DNA of 33,233 nt, taken from an uncultured Lachnospiraceae bacterium. GTDB lineage: Bacteria > Bacillota > Clostridia > Christensenellales > UBA1242. Every line of letters begins with the position of its first letter. The stretch's first letter is position 1. This document shows positions 1 to 12,200 of this stretch, one piece after another. The DNA lies in the NCBI GenBank assembly GCA_964368655.1, contig CAYJCC010000001.1:1-33233 (forward strand). Direction: 5' to 3'. A model generated the notes under the pieces. The model saw only the letters and a program-made list of their open reading frames with translations. It had not been told where the DNA came from and ran no database searches. The position numbers and the translations under genes were made by a program.

Positions 1-8
1 TCATTTAG

Positions 9-37
9 TTGACATAAACTTGCAAAATCTTTATAAT
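9..37 (+). promoter_or_regulatory. SigA/sigma-70-type promoter for the giant gene: TTGACA (9-14), 17-nt spacer, TATAAT (32-37)
   Basis: Both hexamers match the consensus exactly and the spacing is optimal. The site lies about 150 nt upstream of the ATG at 195, and no other gene lies between them. Confidence 0.6.
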
Positions 38-194
38 TTAAGTATCGATAATATCGTCAAAAAAGGCAAAGTATCGCTAAATTAAAAAAGACGATAGAAA
101 ACCGACAAAATTATCGCTTTTTCAGATAAATAAAAGTTACGGTTTTACAGAAAATAAAACGATTAGTTTATACTCAAAACATAACAGGTGGAAG

Positions 195-269
195 ATGGTT
201 GGAATTAAGAAGAATTTGTTAGTCATTTGTATGGTTCTGTTAAGTGCCTGTCTTTTACTTGCTGGTTGT
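195..269 (+). other. Lipoprotein signal peptide with lipobox L-A-G-C. The lipidated Cys25 codon is at 267-269.
   Basis: The n-region carries KK, the h-region is LLVICMVLLSACLL, and the lipobox LAG|C is followed by GD. This is the pattern of signal peptidase II substrates. Confidence 0.8.
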
Positions 270-3200
270 GGAGACCCATACAAAAACGCAAAGTTTAGTG
301 TGAATACAAATAACATCTTTATTGAATTGGTCGGCGACGCTGAACAAACTTTTAGCATCGTTGCAAATGTTTCGGGATTAAAAAAGAAAGCAGATAAAAC
401 TGCAGGGTATACAATCGAAGATCCTAATGGATATAACGCAATCAATTTTGACGAATCTACAACAAATGATGGAAAGACAACATTCAAATTTTCAACAAGA
501 GGAAAAGAGGGTAGAGTTACATTAAAAGTTTATTCAAATGAAGCTCAATCTAAGTTAAGTCAAAGTGTTGAGATTGTTATTGTTAAGAAAGTTACATCTT
601 TGGCAATGAAAGACAATCTTGCAGTTGAAAGAGGAACATCTATTGATATTTTACAAAACTTGACATTTGCACCAAATGATACCTCTCAAAAAGATATCAC
701 AGTTGAGTTCACAAATGTTGAGCAGTCTCAACTTCAAAATCTTACATATGAAAACGGAAAGGTTACAGTAAATAGAAACTTTGTAGGAAATTCTTTTGGA
801 ATTAAAGTTACAAGTATTTCTAATCCTGAATGTGTAGAGGAAGAGATTGTTTCAGTTATTGATATGTTAGACGTTGATTCTTTGGTTGCTATTAAGAGCA
901 GTGATTCAACAGATGCAGTTATAAATACAGAAGACCAAATGGCTGGACAATACAGTGTTTCACTCGCAAAGAATGTTACCGATTACAACAGCGTTCAAGT
1001 TATGATAAAACAAAAGGTTGGAGATGCTTTCTTAAATCTTGACCCAGAAAAATATTCAGTTAACATAAAGGGTTTGCAAAGCAACAACTTCTTTGCTCCA
1101 GAATATGCAAACAACGTAGTTAGTGCATCTAGAGTTCTCACCAGCAGTGGAGAGGAGTCGGGGGCTTTCTTGCTTAAAGCACAGGCAACGGCACAAGCAC
1201 TTCAACAGACATACACTTTGACATTCACGGTGGACCTTGTTGGTTACGAAGGAATGTTTACAAGAGAAATTTCTTTGACGGTTAAAGTTGTTTCATATCC
1301 TAACGATATTAAAATCTATGATTCATTTGGAACACAACTTTCAGAAGTGTCTATGTTCTCTCAATATTTTGGAGACATGATAAACACTGGAACACAGATA
1401 AAAGCTGTTGTTAGAAATGGTGAGGGCGAAGAATCTAGAAATTATGCTTACAAGTTAAGTATGCAAAGAGAAAGTGCTGGAGTTTGGACAAATGTTGAAT
1501 ATTCAGCATGGCCATTAAATGTTACATACAAAGAAGGTGGAGTAGTTACAGACAATGCAGTAATTTCTAGCAGCCAAGTATTGTATTTAACAAAGAAAGC
1601 AAGTGATGCTACAAATTCCAAATATAGACTTGTGTTTACGAACACTTTATATCCAGATACAAAAACTGAAATGCCAATAACATTCAAAGATGATTCTGGA
1701 ACAAACTTTACGAACACAACAATGGCATTGCCTATTGGTTCAACTAGAGTATTAACTGAAATCAACTCACAAAAAGTAAATTATGAAATTTTGAGTGGTG
1801 CTGAATATGTAACTATTACAGAAAGCACTAACACTTCAAAATATTCTATTAGAGCAGGAAGTTTGTTCGGTACTGCTAGAATAAGATTTGTTGCAGAGAA
1901 CGGAAGAACTGGAATATACACAGTAAACGTGTACGACGAAATGAGAGATGTTCAAGTATCCGTTGGTGGACAGACAATTTCCATAATTGCAGATGGTACA
2001 AATAATTTAACAAACACAATCGTTCCAGTTATAAATGTCACAACAGGAACATCTTTGGCTATTAACTATACTATCAATGGGATTGATTATCAAACAGCAA
2101 TTCCAAGCAGTCTTACAGCGAACGGGGTAGTTGTAGACCCAACAATTGCTATCTTTGGACAAACTCTTGGAGAAGTTGTTACAAAAACAAAAACAGGGGA
2201 CACTCTTGTTACTATAACATTGTTAGGTTATACCAACACTTATACTTTCAATTTTAGACTCAACGTTATAAACGCTCTTAACTATACAAACTTGAGAACG
2301 GTTGACGGAGAAGGCGAAACAACAATCTATCCTATAAATGCTGGTTTAGGAACAAATACGATATATATTCATCAATATGGGTATAAAACATTGAACTTGT
2401 TGTTAAATCCAACCAATGCAACTGTAAAAGCAGAAGATATAGATTGGCAAATTGTTTATAATAACGACAGTTATAATTTTGTTGAAGACGTTCAAGTAGG
2501 TGGTTCTTATTCAAACTGGACAGCTGAACACGAAACATTCTTCACGAATTCAAAATTATACTATTGCGAAGATATATCGGAAACAGATATCATTTTCTTG
2601 GAAGTAAGTGCAGATGGTAGACAAGCAATTGTTCATACATCTAAGAAAGTTACAGAAGATGAGACAACCTATGTCTTTGACATTGTAGCAAGTATAAGTC
2701 AAAGTTACGTAAATCCAAATGGAAACTTGGTAAACGTTATCAGAGAAAGTAGCGTTAAGGTTACCTTGGGAACAGTCGAGAAAACCTCATCAATTCTTTT
2801 CCAAGGATTACAAATGGTTGCTGATGAAAACAGAATAGTGTTTGACGTCAGAGACATGAATGGGTTTACTCAAAACAACACAAAAACATTTGAGTTTACA
2901 GTAGGCAATGATTTTGCATTAAATAAAGACTTGAAAGTTTCTGTATGGACAGAGACTGGAAACATGTTTGACACAACTGGTACAGTTTCTGCAAACATAA
3001 CAAATCGTGCCGATGGAACAGGAACTCTTGCTGTAACAGTTGAAGGCAATCCAAACAGAATCCTCGTTCTTCGAGTAGAATCTGAAGATGGTGGTTGCTG
3101 TTTTGATATCGTTCTTAAAATAGCAGACGGACTCACAGAAGAGACAGCTTTTGAAATCAAGACTGTTTCAGACCTTATCAGAATAAACCAAGCACTTAAT

Positions 3201-6200
3201 GCTTATTATGTGTTGACAAGTGACTTGAATATAAATGACTACGTTTCTAGAAACGGGTTGGCATCATGGACTCCAATCGGAACTGAAGAAGAACCTTTTG
3301 TTGGTAACTTCAATGGACAACAGACAGTTTCTGGAGAAAATTTGCAGTATACAATATACGGATTGAAACTTGCAGGGAGCATGGCTACTGCAGGACTTTT
3401 TGGTGTTATCGGAGAGGCTGGTACTGTTCAGAATGTTGTTTTACAAGACAGTCGAATAAATGTCAATACAGAAGGACAAACATCAGCATATATCGGAACA
3501 TTGGCTGGAAAGAACTATGGTACAATCGTAAATTGTAGCGTAAACGATGGAAACAATGCAGAAGCTGTTACAACAACAAGTTATGGAATGACTGTTGTGA
3601 ACACTAACGCAGGACTTATAGACTTATACGTTGGTGGAGTAATTGGTTACGCAAACGGGACCGTAACAAATGTAAGCGCTGTTTCTTCTATTAAAGTTAC
3701 AAACTCAAATGAAGCAACCAACGTATATGTTGGTGGTTTTGTTGGTCAAAACGGTGGAACAATCATTAATGATGAAACGAGTGGTGCAGCAATTGGTTTA
3801 GGTAACACACAAGTTGTTTGTTATATTGAAACAGTTGGGGCTGATGCAGTGGGTGGTGTTGCTGGAACAAACATTGGCGACATAATAGATACAAATGTTC
3901 AAGCATATATCAAAGCTGATGGAAACAACATTGGTGGTATTACTGGAAGCAATACTGGTTCAATTAGAAACATTACAGTTGTTCCAACTTTAATGGGCGT
4001 GGACAATGTTGGTGGTATTATTGGATACAACAATGGTGGACAGGTAATATCAAGTAAAGTTGAGTTTATAGACTATTTACAAAATTTAAGCCATTTGAAT
4101 ACTGGCATACACGGTCGTGACAATATCGGTGGAATTATAGGATATGTTGAAAACATAGGAAATTCATCACAGTATAACTCCGTTTATAGTTATTATGTAA
4201 GAGATATTTCAGAAGAAGCATATTCAGACACAGACAACACTGGCTTGTATTATGGAGACATTATAGGTAGAAATCATATCGGTGGTCTCTATGGATTTAT
4301 TAAAAATGGAACATTAAGCACTTGTGGAGTTGTAGCAAACATTTCTGGTGTAAATTATGTTGGAGGATTTGTTGGAGCAGCTGAATCCAACTTTAATATA
4401 GAGAATTCTAGCGCATACGGAAACATGACAGCAAGTGCAGAAAACGCATTTGTAGGTGTTTACGTTGGTGCAAAACAAGACATAATCGAAGAAAATGGCG
4501 TAGAAAACATACAATATAGTACGTACGTTGGTGCAATAGGCGAAGAAATTGTTGTTAACTCATATAGTTTTATCTTCTACATTAACGATGAAGACGATAA
4601 AATATATTGGGCAACTGGTACAACATTACCTCAAGAGTTGATAACAGATGGTGCAACGGCTAATAATTTAGAAGCAATTGAGATTTTCTTGCAAAATAAA
4701 TATGCGTTTGTTCCAGTTGTAGGAAGCGATGCTGACAAATTACAAGCAGTAATTGCTTTCTTATCAAATAATTCAAATACAATATCAAACAATATAAATA
4801 AATATCCTGTAAATACATTGCAAGGAGTTGTTAACTATATCAACTCATTTGATAATGTTTTAACAGGTACGTATACAACAGATGCTGAAAGACTTGCAGC
4901 CATCAATGATTTTGCAAATGTAAATTATAATGACGAAGTATTCCAAAGTGCTGTTGAATATGTGTTTGGCCATGACCTTATAGGCGATGGTATTTTGGCA
5001 AACAAATTTATTCCTCTACTTGTAACATATTTTAACAATATTGATGCAACTGCAGTAGTGGGAACATCTACAAATGCTGAAAAATTAACAGCAATGGAAA
5101 CCTTCTTAAACACAAAGACAACAGAAGCACACAATGCTGAAGCAAATGCAAACGAAGGTGTTTCAAATATTGCTGTGTTCAATCCTGTTTGGGCTAATTC
5201 TACAGCAATGAACAGAGTTGTAGATATTACAAACTTCTTATTAAACAATCCTTATCTTGGAAACTCAATTGTTCCAACTCTCATCGCTGCAGAAATTTCT
5301 TATTTGAGAGAGTATGATACAACAGCATTGACAGGAACATATGCGAATGACAATGAAAGATTACTTGCAATAGACGATTATTTGGCAAGAACAATGACTG
5401 GAAGAGATATTGACTATAACGGTTTTGCTTATAGCCAAAGATTTTCCGTTGTTTCAAGTTATGTAAGAAATAACTTTACATCTGAAGAATCAGAGCCTAT
5501 TGAAGAGTTTGCAGATATCGATGCCATTATTGCCTTGATTAAAGAGGTTGATAACACAGCATTGACAGGAATATATACAACCGACAATGAAAAAATAACA
5601 GCAGTAGAAAACTATTTAACGGGAACAACAAACTTTTCTTATGCTGAAAGATTCTCTGCAGTAGAAGAATATGTTAAAACACACAATTTAGGATTTTATA
5701 CATGGAACGGGTTGACCGGAGAAGATAGTTTATACACAGAAGCTATCGTTAACGCAGATGGCACATATTATGTAAGGAACGCAGAAACTGGGGAGTATTC
5801 TGCAACTATTGTTTCTGTAAGTTTTGCAAACATAGACGCAATAATTACATTTATAAAAACGGCAAATCCAAATGTTTTAACTGGCACATACACAACTGAT
5901 GAAGAAAAACTAGATGCAGTTGAAAGTTACCTTGCTATATATTACACAGAAAGACCATTCACGGCATATACTTTTACTAGTTATTCATATATAAATATGG
6001 CAATAACAGGACTTAACTACTTAGCTAATTTCGGCTATATAGATGGCCCAACATACGCATATGCAATTGAAGACTTGTCACAATATGTTGCATTCATTCA
6101 GAAAAACGTTGAACCAACAGCATTGCAAGGGTTAACCACAGATGCTCAAAGACTTGCAGCAATAACTGACTATTTGGAAGAAAATACTGATTATGAAAGA

Positions 6201-9200
6201 CCAGCTGCAATTAACTTAACAACTTTAGAGGAAGTTGTTGAGTTCCTTAACGAAAATCCATTAAGTGCAAGAACAATAATGGTAACATTGACAGACGTTG
6301 ACAGTGTATTTAATTACTTGAAAGAGCAGTTGGGTGCAACGTTCACAATGAACGCCTTTTTGACAAACATATATCAATTTAACGAGTTGATAGGAAATGC
6401 CAATACCGGATTAAACGACGTGGCTCCTAGCAACACAGATATTTGGTATGTTAGCGTAAACGTTAGCGACGGATATCCAATGTTGTTGTCACAAGAACCA
6501 GTTAAGGACGGAAAAATTTCTGTTATCGCAAACTTGCCTCCAGTAGATGCAACAATTCAACTTGTAGCAGATGGAGAAAGAATATTCGATTCTAACTACG
6601 TTGAAACAACCGGAACCATAGAAGATCTTGTTGTAATTTTCTTCCCTAGAGAAAATTCTATAGCAGTTCCAAGCAATATGATTGCAGAAGTAAACAACTT
6701 CTTCAATAAAGTAAACACATATGATGCAAGCGATATTATTTCTATTGCAACAGTTCCAGGATTTGCAGGGGACTCAAAGTTTACTATCACAAGTAGCAAC
6801 AATTCAATAATAAGTTATTCATCATTAAACAATACATTATCAGTAAAGGGCGAAGGGACAGTCACTCTTACTATTTCCAGTCTATATAATCGTTCATTGG
6901 CAAAAACAATAACAATCAAGGTTGTAAGAGGTATCACAGACTTCGAGTTGTATAAAGAAGTAATGAACGAAGAAAACCTTCTCAATGTCGCTGAAGGACA
7001 AAACAAAGTAGAAAACGCAAAAACAATCGATATCCAAAAGGAAAAATCAAAAACAGTATTCCCATTTGCAGATATTGATGCCGATAAAGTATACGAGTTT
7101 ATATCAAATACAGATTTAAGTGAAGAATTAAAGAATAATATTCATATTGGTCAAAATTCTTCAATCGGGGTTAGATACTATTTGTTAGCCGGTGGCTCAA
7201 TTTATAGCACAAGCGAAATATCTAACAACACAATTACAATTTCTGGACAAAGTTTTGTTAGTCAAGAAATATCTACCGGAAGATGGATTTCATATTTAGA
7301 CTTTGATGAAATTTCAGGAAATCAAATCAGAGGAACAAATGCCGGAATTGCTAACATTCTTGCAGTGCCTTATATAAAATTAAATGACAATTCAAAAATT
7401 GTGTTAGAAAAATACAATATTTTGAACGTGGAACACGGAGACTTTGGTGTGTACTTTAATACCAACGTTTATCTTGGCACAAATTCAGTTACTGTTTCTG
7501 ACTCGGCAAAAACGTTCAAGCCACAAGCTTCAGTTGTTTTTGACGTAATTATCGAGACAGACAAGAATGCAGAAAAATTATACATTAACATAAACGGTGT
7601 TCAAACAGAGATTGGAAATACTGTTATTAAATACGACGATAGCTTAAACATACAATTAGAAACAACACCTCTTTATGTAGCTGGAACATCTCCAACGATG
7701 GGAACAAAAACATATACAATTAGACTTGACGTTCCAGAAAATGGAAGATGGTTTGCTGAAGACAAGAACTACACACTTGAGTTCTATACAATAAATGAAA
7801 CAAATGAGAAGAAATCCGACTCTATCGATATCACAATAAACCCTCAAAGCGTGGAAGACGTTAATATTGCTCATTATCCAAACGCAGAATTTAAGCAATC
7901 TGCCGATGGCACGGTTTGGGAAGCAGGTGACGAGAGTGAAGTTGCTTATGACAACATTATCCCATCTCATATTGGTTTATTGAAAGCAAATATTTATCCA
8001 TACTATGCTAACCTAGATGAAATACAGATATCTAGCAACAGCACAGCACTTTCATTCAACCAAGTATTTGGCGAAAAGACTATTGTGACAAATTCAGAAG
8101 TTGAAGAAGGGTTTATTGTTAAAAAATACAGGTTATTATCTAACACGAGCGAAGATTTAACGACTTTATCTTTGAGACCAAGGTCATACTTTAGCACTAT
8201 AGGTGAAAACTCTATCGACCAAGACAAAAATTACTTTGATGGAAACTTGTATATCACAACATTGTTAAGTCCAGATGCTCAAGAAGGTTCAACTATCACT
8301 ATTACTCTTACAGGGTATTTGAAAGGTGAAACTAAGTTTGTAAAGAGCATTGACTTAACGGTAATCAAATTGCCAACAGTAGTGTTTGACTACGAGGGGA
8401 AAGGAGCCATATCAACTCCAGTTGCAAGAGGACTAGATTTCTCATTTACAGCAACTCTTTCTAACGCTGATACATTAAGTTTAACTGATAGTTATTACGC
8501 AGATAGTGTAGATGGAACACCCCTTGTATCTGGATTAAATAACGCATATTATACAATAACCGAGAGTGGTAACGGCTATTCTGTTTCAGTTCTTCCAAGA
8601 GCAGAGCAGGGCAAATACATTGTAATAGTCGGAAAAGTAACAAAGACAATCAATAACGTTGAATATTCAGGAGAGGCAAGAATTGTACTCAAAGTTGCCG
8701 ATTATGTAATCAACAGTATTTCTGTTGAAAATGCAACAGACGGGTACTTGGTAGGATTGTTCGGACAGGCATACAAGTTGAAAGTTGTAATCAACGCTAC
8801 ATATAGCGAAGTTGTTGCAAACTGGAGTTCATCAACCATATATTCGGATATCCAACGTTTGGAACAAGAACTTTCCATGAGTGGAATTGGAGAAAATAAT
8901 CCATACGTTCCAACATGGTATTTGACAAACACAACAGCAACAGGAACAACATATCAAAGTATAAACGAAGGATTATACGAAGCTGCTGGATTTAGAATCA
9001 GAACAGTAGCAGGGTTCTATGATAGAGTTGTTGCCGGAGTAAATGAAAGACTTACCAATACAGGTTTTGCCTTAACTGGCACAGACTTTAATAGTCAAGC
9101 AGTATTGAGAGCTATAGCGCATATTACTTACGGAGAAAATGGTGCAGAGGTATGTACAGACATTCTTTATACCGATGAATTCGTAGAACTTACTGCAGAT

Positions 9201-12200
9201 TTTGGTTTGGGATTCTATCGTGACAGCACAGAAGATAATCCAAATCCTATTTATACAAAAGAAGAACTTATAGCTTTAGGAAATGCTTCAGACACAACTA
9301 TAAAGGGTGCCTACATTTTACAATCCGATATCGAACTTGATGATTGGGAGCCATTGCTATTAAGTGAGGCTGTAACAAGTCTTGATGGTAACGGGTATGT
9401 AGTATCATTGAAGAACTTTAACTTGCCAGAGAACACGTCTAACGAGGTTCCAACGGCTAGTGGGAACATTGGTGTGTTCCAAAAGATACATTCTGGAATG
9501 ACATTGAAGAATTTTGTGGTTGAGATTCGTCCAAATGCAGATATCAATATTATTAATGAATCAAAGACAACTAGTGACGAGTTCAACACAATAAACCCAG
9601 ATTTAACTGTAAATCTTACGAATTATGCAACCGTTAATTACGGAACTATAGCCGGAATAAATGAAGGTATAATGACAAACTGTCAAGTTGTTTATAATGC
9701 AAATAACATTAGAAGCATGAGAGACACCTTGTTACTTGCCGAAAATGTTGGGACTGTTCCAAGTGGAAACATTATGCAAGACGGTAGAACTTTGGATATA
9801 TCTAAATACAAAGATTCTGGAGTTTCATATAACTATACCAGTGGAGAATGGACAGGTGGAAAAAGAGATTTATCTACTGTAAAATTCGAAACATACGATA
9901 TTAAAACTAGTCTTTCAATGACTATTGGTGGTTTAGTTGCCGTAAACAGTGGATTCGTTACTAACTCTAGCGTAGAAAACATTTCATTAATAACACAATA
10001 CGGTGAACTTGCAGGACTTATCGCTCACCAATCAAACAAGCTTAGTTCATCATACTATAAAGGTGGAAACATTATCAACGTTTCTACATCTTCTGTTGCA
10101 GGAAATATTGCTGCAGGGTTAGTTGTTAGAAACTCTGGAGATATCCAATATAGTTATTCTTATGGTAGAGATACTTATTCTTATAATAAAGAGCAAGATG
10201 CTTATTCAGAAACTGAAGAGTCTGACGCAAACAAGAAAGGGATCACTTCTGGTTCATTTGCTGGACAACAAGACAACAACCCAAATGGCCCAGAAACAGA
10301 AATGAAATATCTCCGAGCATTAAGCTCAAAAGTTTATGCAGGTGTTTATAGTGCCGGATTTGTTTATGAAAACACCGGATATATTTCAAACTCCTATAGC
10401 AACATATTGGTTGACGGAGCAAACACTTCTGGATTCGTATTCAGAAATGGTTCGGCTGAAGCTACAGCAGAAGAAAATGCTGATGTTGTAATATCAGACT
10501 GTTATAGTTTGTCTAGTGTACAAACAAACAGTTTATTAGCATCTCCATTTACAGGAAGAGATAGTTCTGGAAACATACTATCTTATTCTGGAGCAACTAT
10601 TGAATATTGTTATTTCTTGTTTGTAAGAATAAACGATACTGATGCTGAACCAGAACGTTTGAAAGACCAAATAAATAGAGAAAACGAATTGGCTACCCCA
10701 TTGGGAATTTCACAGTTCGGCGAATACAATACTTTTGCCGGATTCTATTTCAACTCCGACTTTAAAACAAATTCAGACATTACAAGAAGTGTTTGGTTTA
10801 TTCCAAAAAGCAACGAGGAGAGTGAGGCGTTATATTCTGGTGTATATGACCAGAGTTTCAAATCTTCATTCTATGGCTTAAACAGACCAGAATTAGTTGC
10901 AGCAAACTTAAAAACATTTAGTCTAAGAGTTATCAACACTTCATTATATACAGTAAATGAACTTGCAAACTATTTGAATACAAATTGGTATTCAAACTTT
11001 GATTTTGTCGATTACTCAAGTTCAAGTAGCAACGATGCAAATCCTAACGTTCAAACAATGGCACAATTTATTCAATTAACAGAAATAATTGGATTTATTA
11101 ACGACCAAGAGTCTGTAAGTGCTAGAAAAATTAATATCACAACAACTGCTTCAGATAGTGCAAAGATTTCTGCAATAGTAAATTACTTAAACAACAATGC
11201 TCAGATTTATCCTGTGACAACATCAGATGTTCCTCTTAGCATAAATAATATAATTCATGCAATCAAGAACAATCCACAAGCATTTAATGGACAAGTTTTG
11301 AACACTCTTGAAGGTTCAGTATTTACAATAAACAATCTTGCAACCTATCTTGAAAGACAAAAATCATCAACATTATCTTATTATTATACCGGTACAGTTA
11401 TCGGTGAAGATATTTCAAACCCAATATTGATTGACTCTGCAGAAAAGTTCAATGCTTATGTAAGCACTGAAAATCTTGGCGTAACTGGGGCTTCTATGCT
11501 CGATAACGCATATATAAGATTTGTTCAAAATATTGAGTACAACAAAGACGGAGACTTAAACGCTGATACATATACAGTTGATTTCAGGGGAGACCTTGAT
11601 GGTAACGGTATGACAATAAGCCAGTTGAGACTTGTTGCAGATAGTGATTATGTGGTTGAAGTTGGTCAAGAAGTAAATAACCTTGGTTTATTTGCAACCA
11701 TTTCAAGTGCATACCAAAACGGAAAAACACAATATGGTAGCGTAAGAAACCTTAACATAGAGGTTGTTTCTGTTGACGGTGTTGGTGTTGAATGTGTTGG
11801 TGTTCTTGCCGGAACTATTGACGGTGGTAAAGTTGCAAACATAAACATAACATCTTATGGAGAAAACCAAGTACTTGTAACAGGTAAGAACTTGGCAGGT
11901 GGTGTCGCTGGATACGTTAAGGGCGATGCTGAATTGGTAAATATCCAAAGCACATTGTCTGTAATGGTAGATTACAAAAATAATGTAAATAATTTCCCAG
12001 ACGCAATCTATGAATTGGGACCAACAACTGACAAAACTTTCTTTATCTATGACAACCGTTTATCATCTCCTAATCTATCTAAGTTGTCATACGCTGGTGG
12101 AATTGCCGGAATTATTGATACTCAAGAAAGAGTAAGCAACGTAGGAAGTTCTAGCAGCCTTTACAATAGTAGAGTAAGAAGAGTTACCGTTTCTTCAGAT

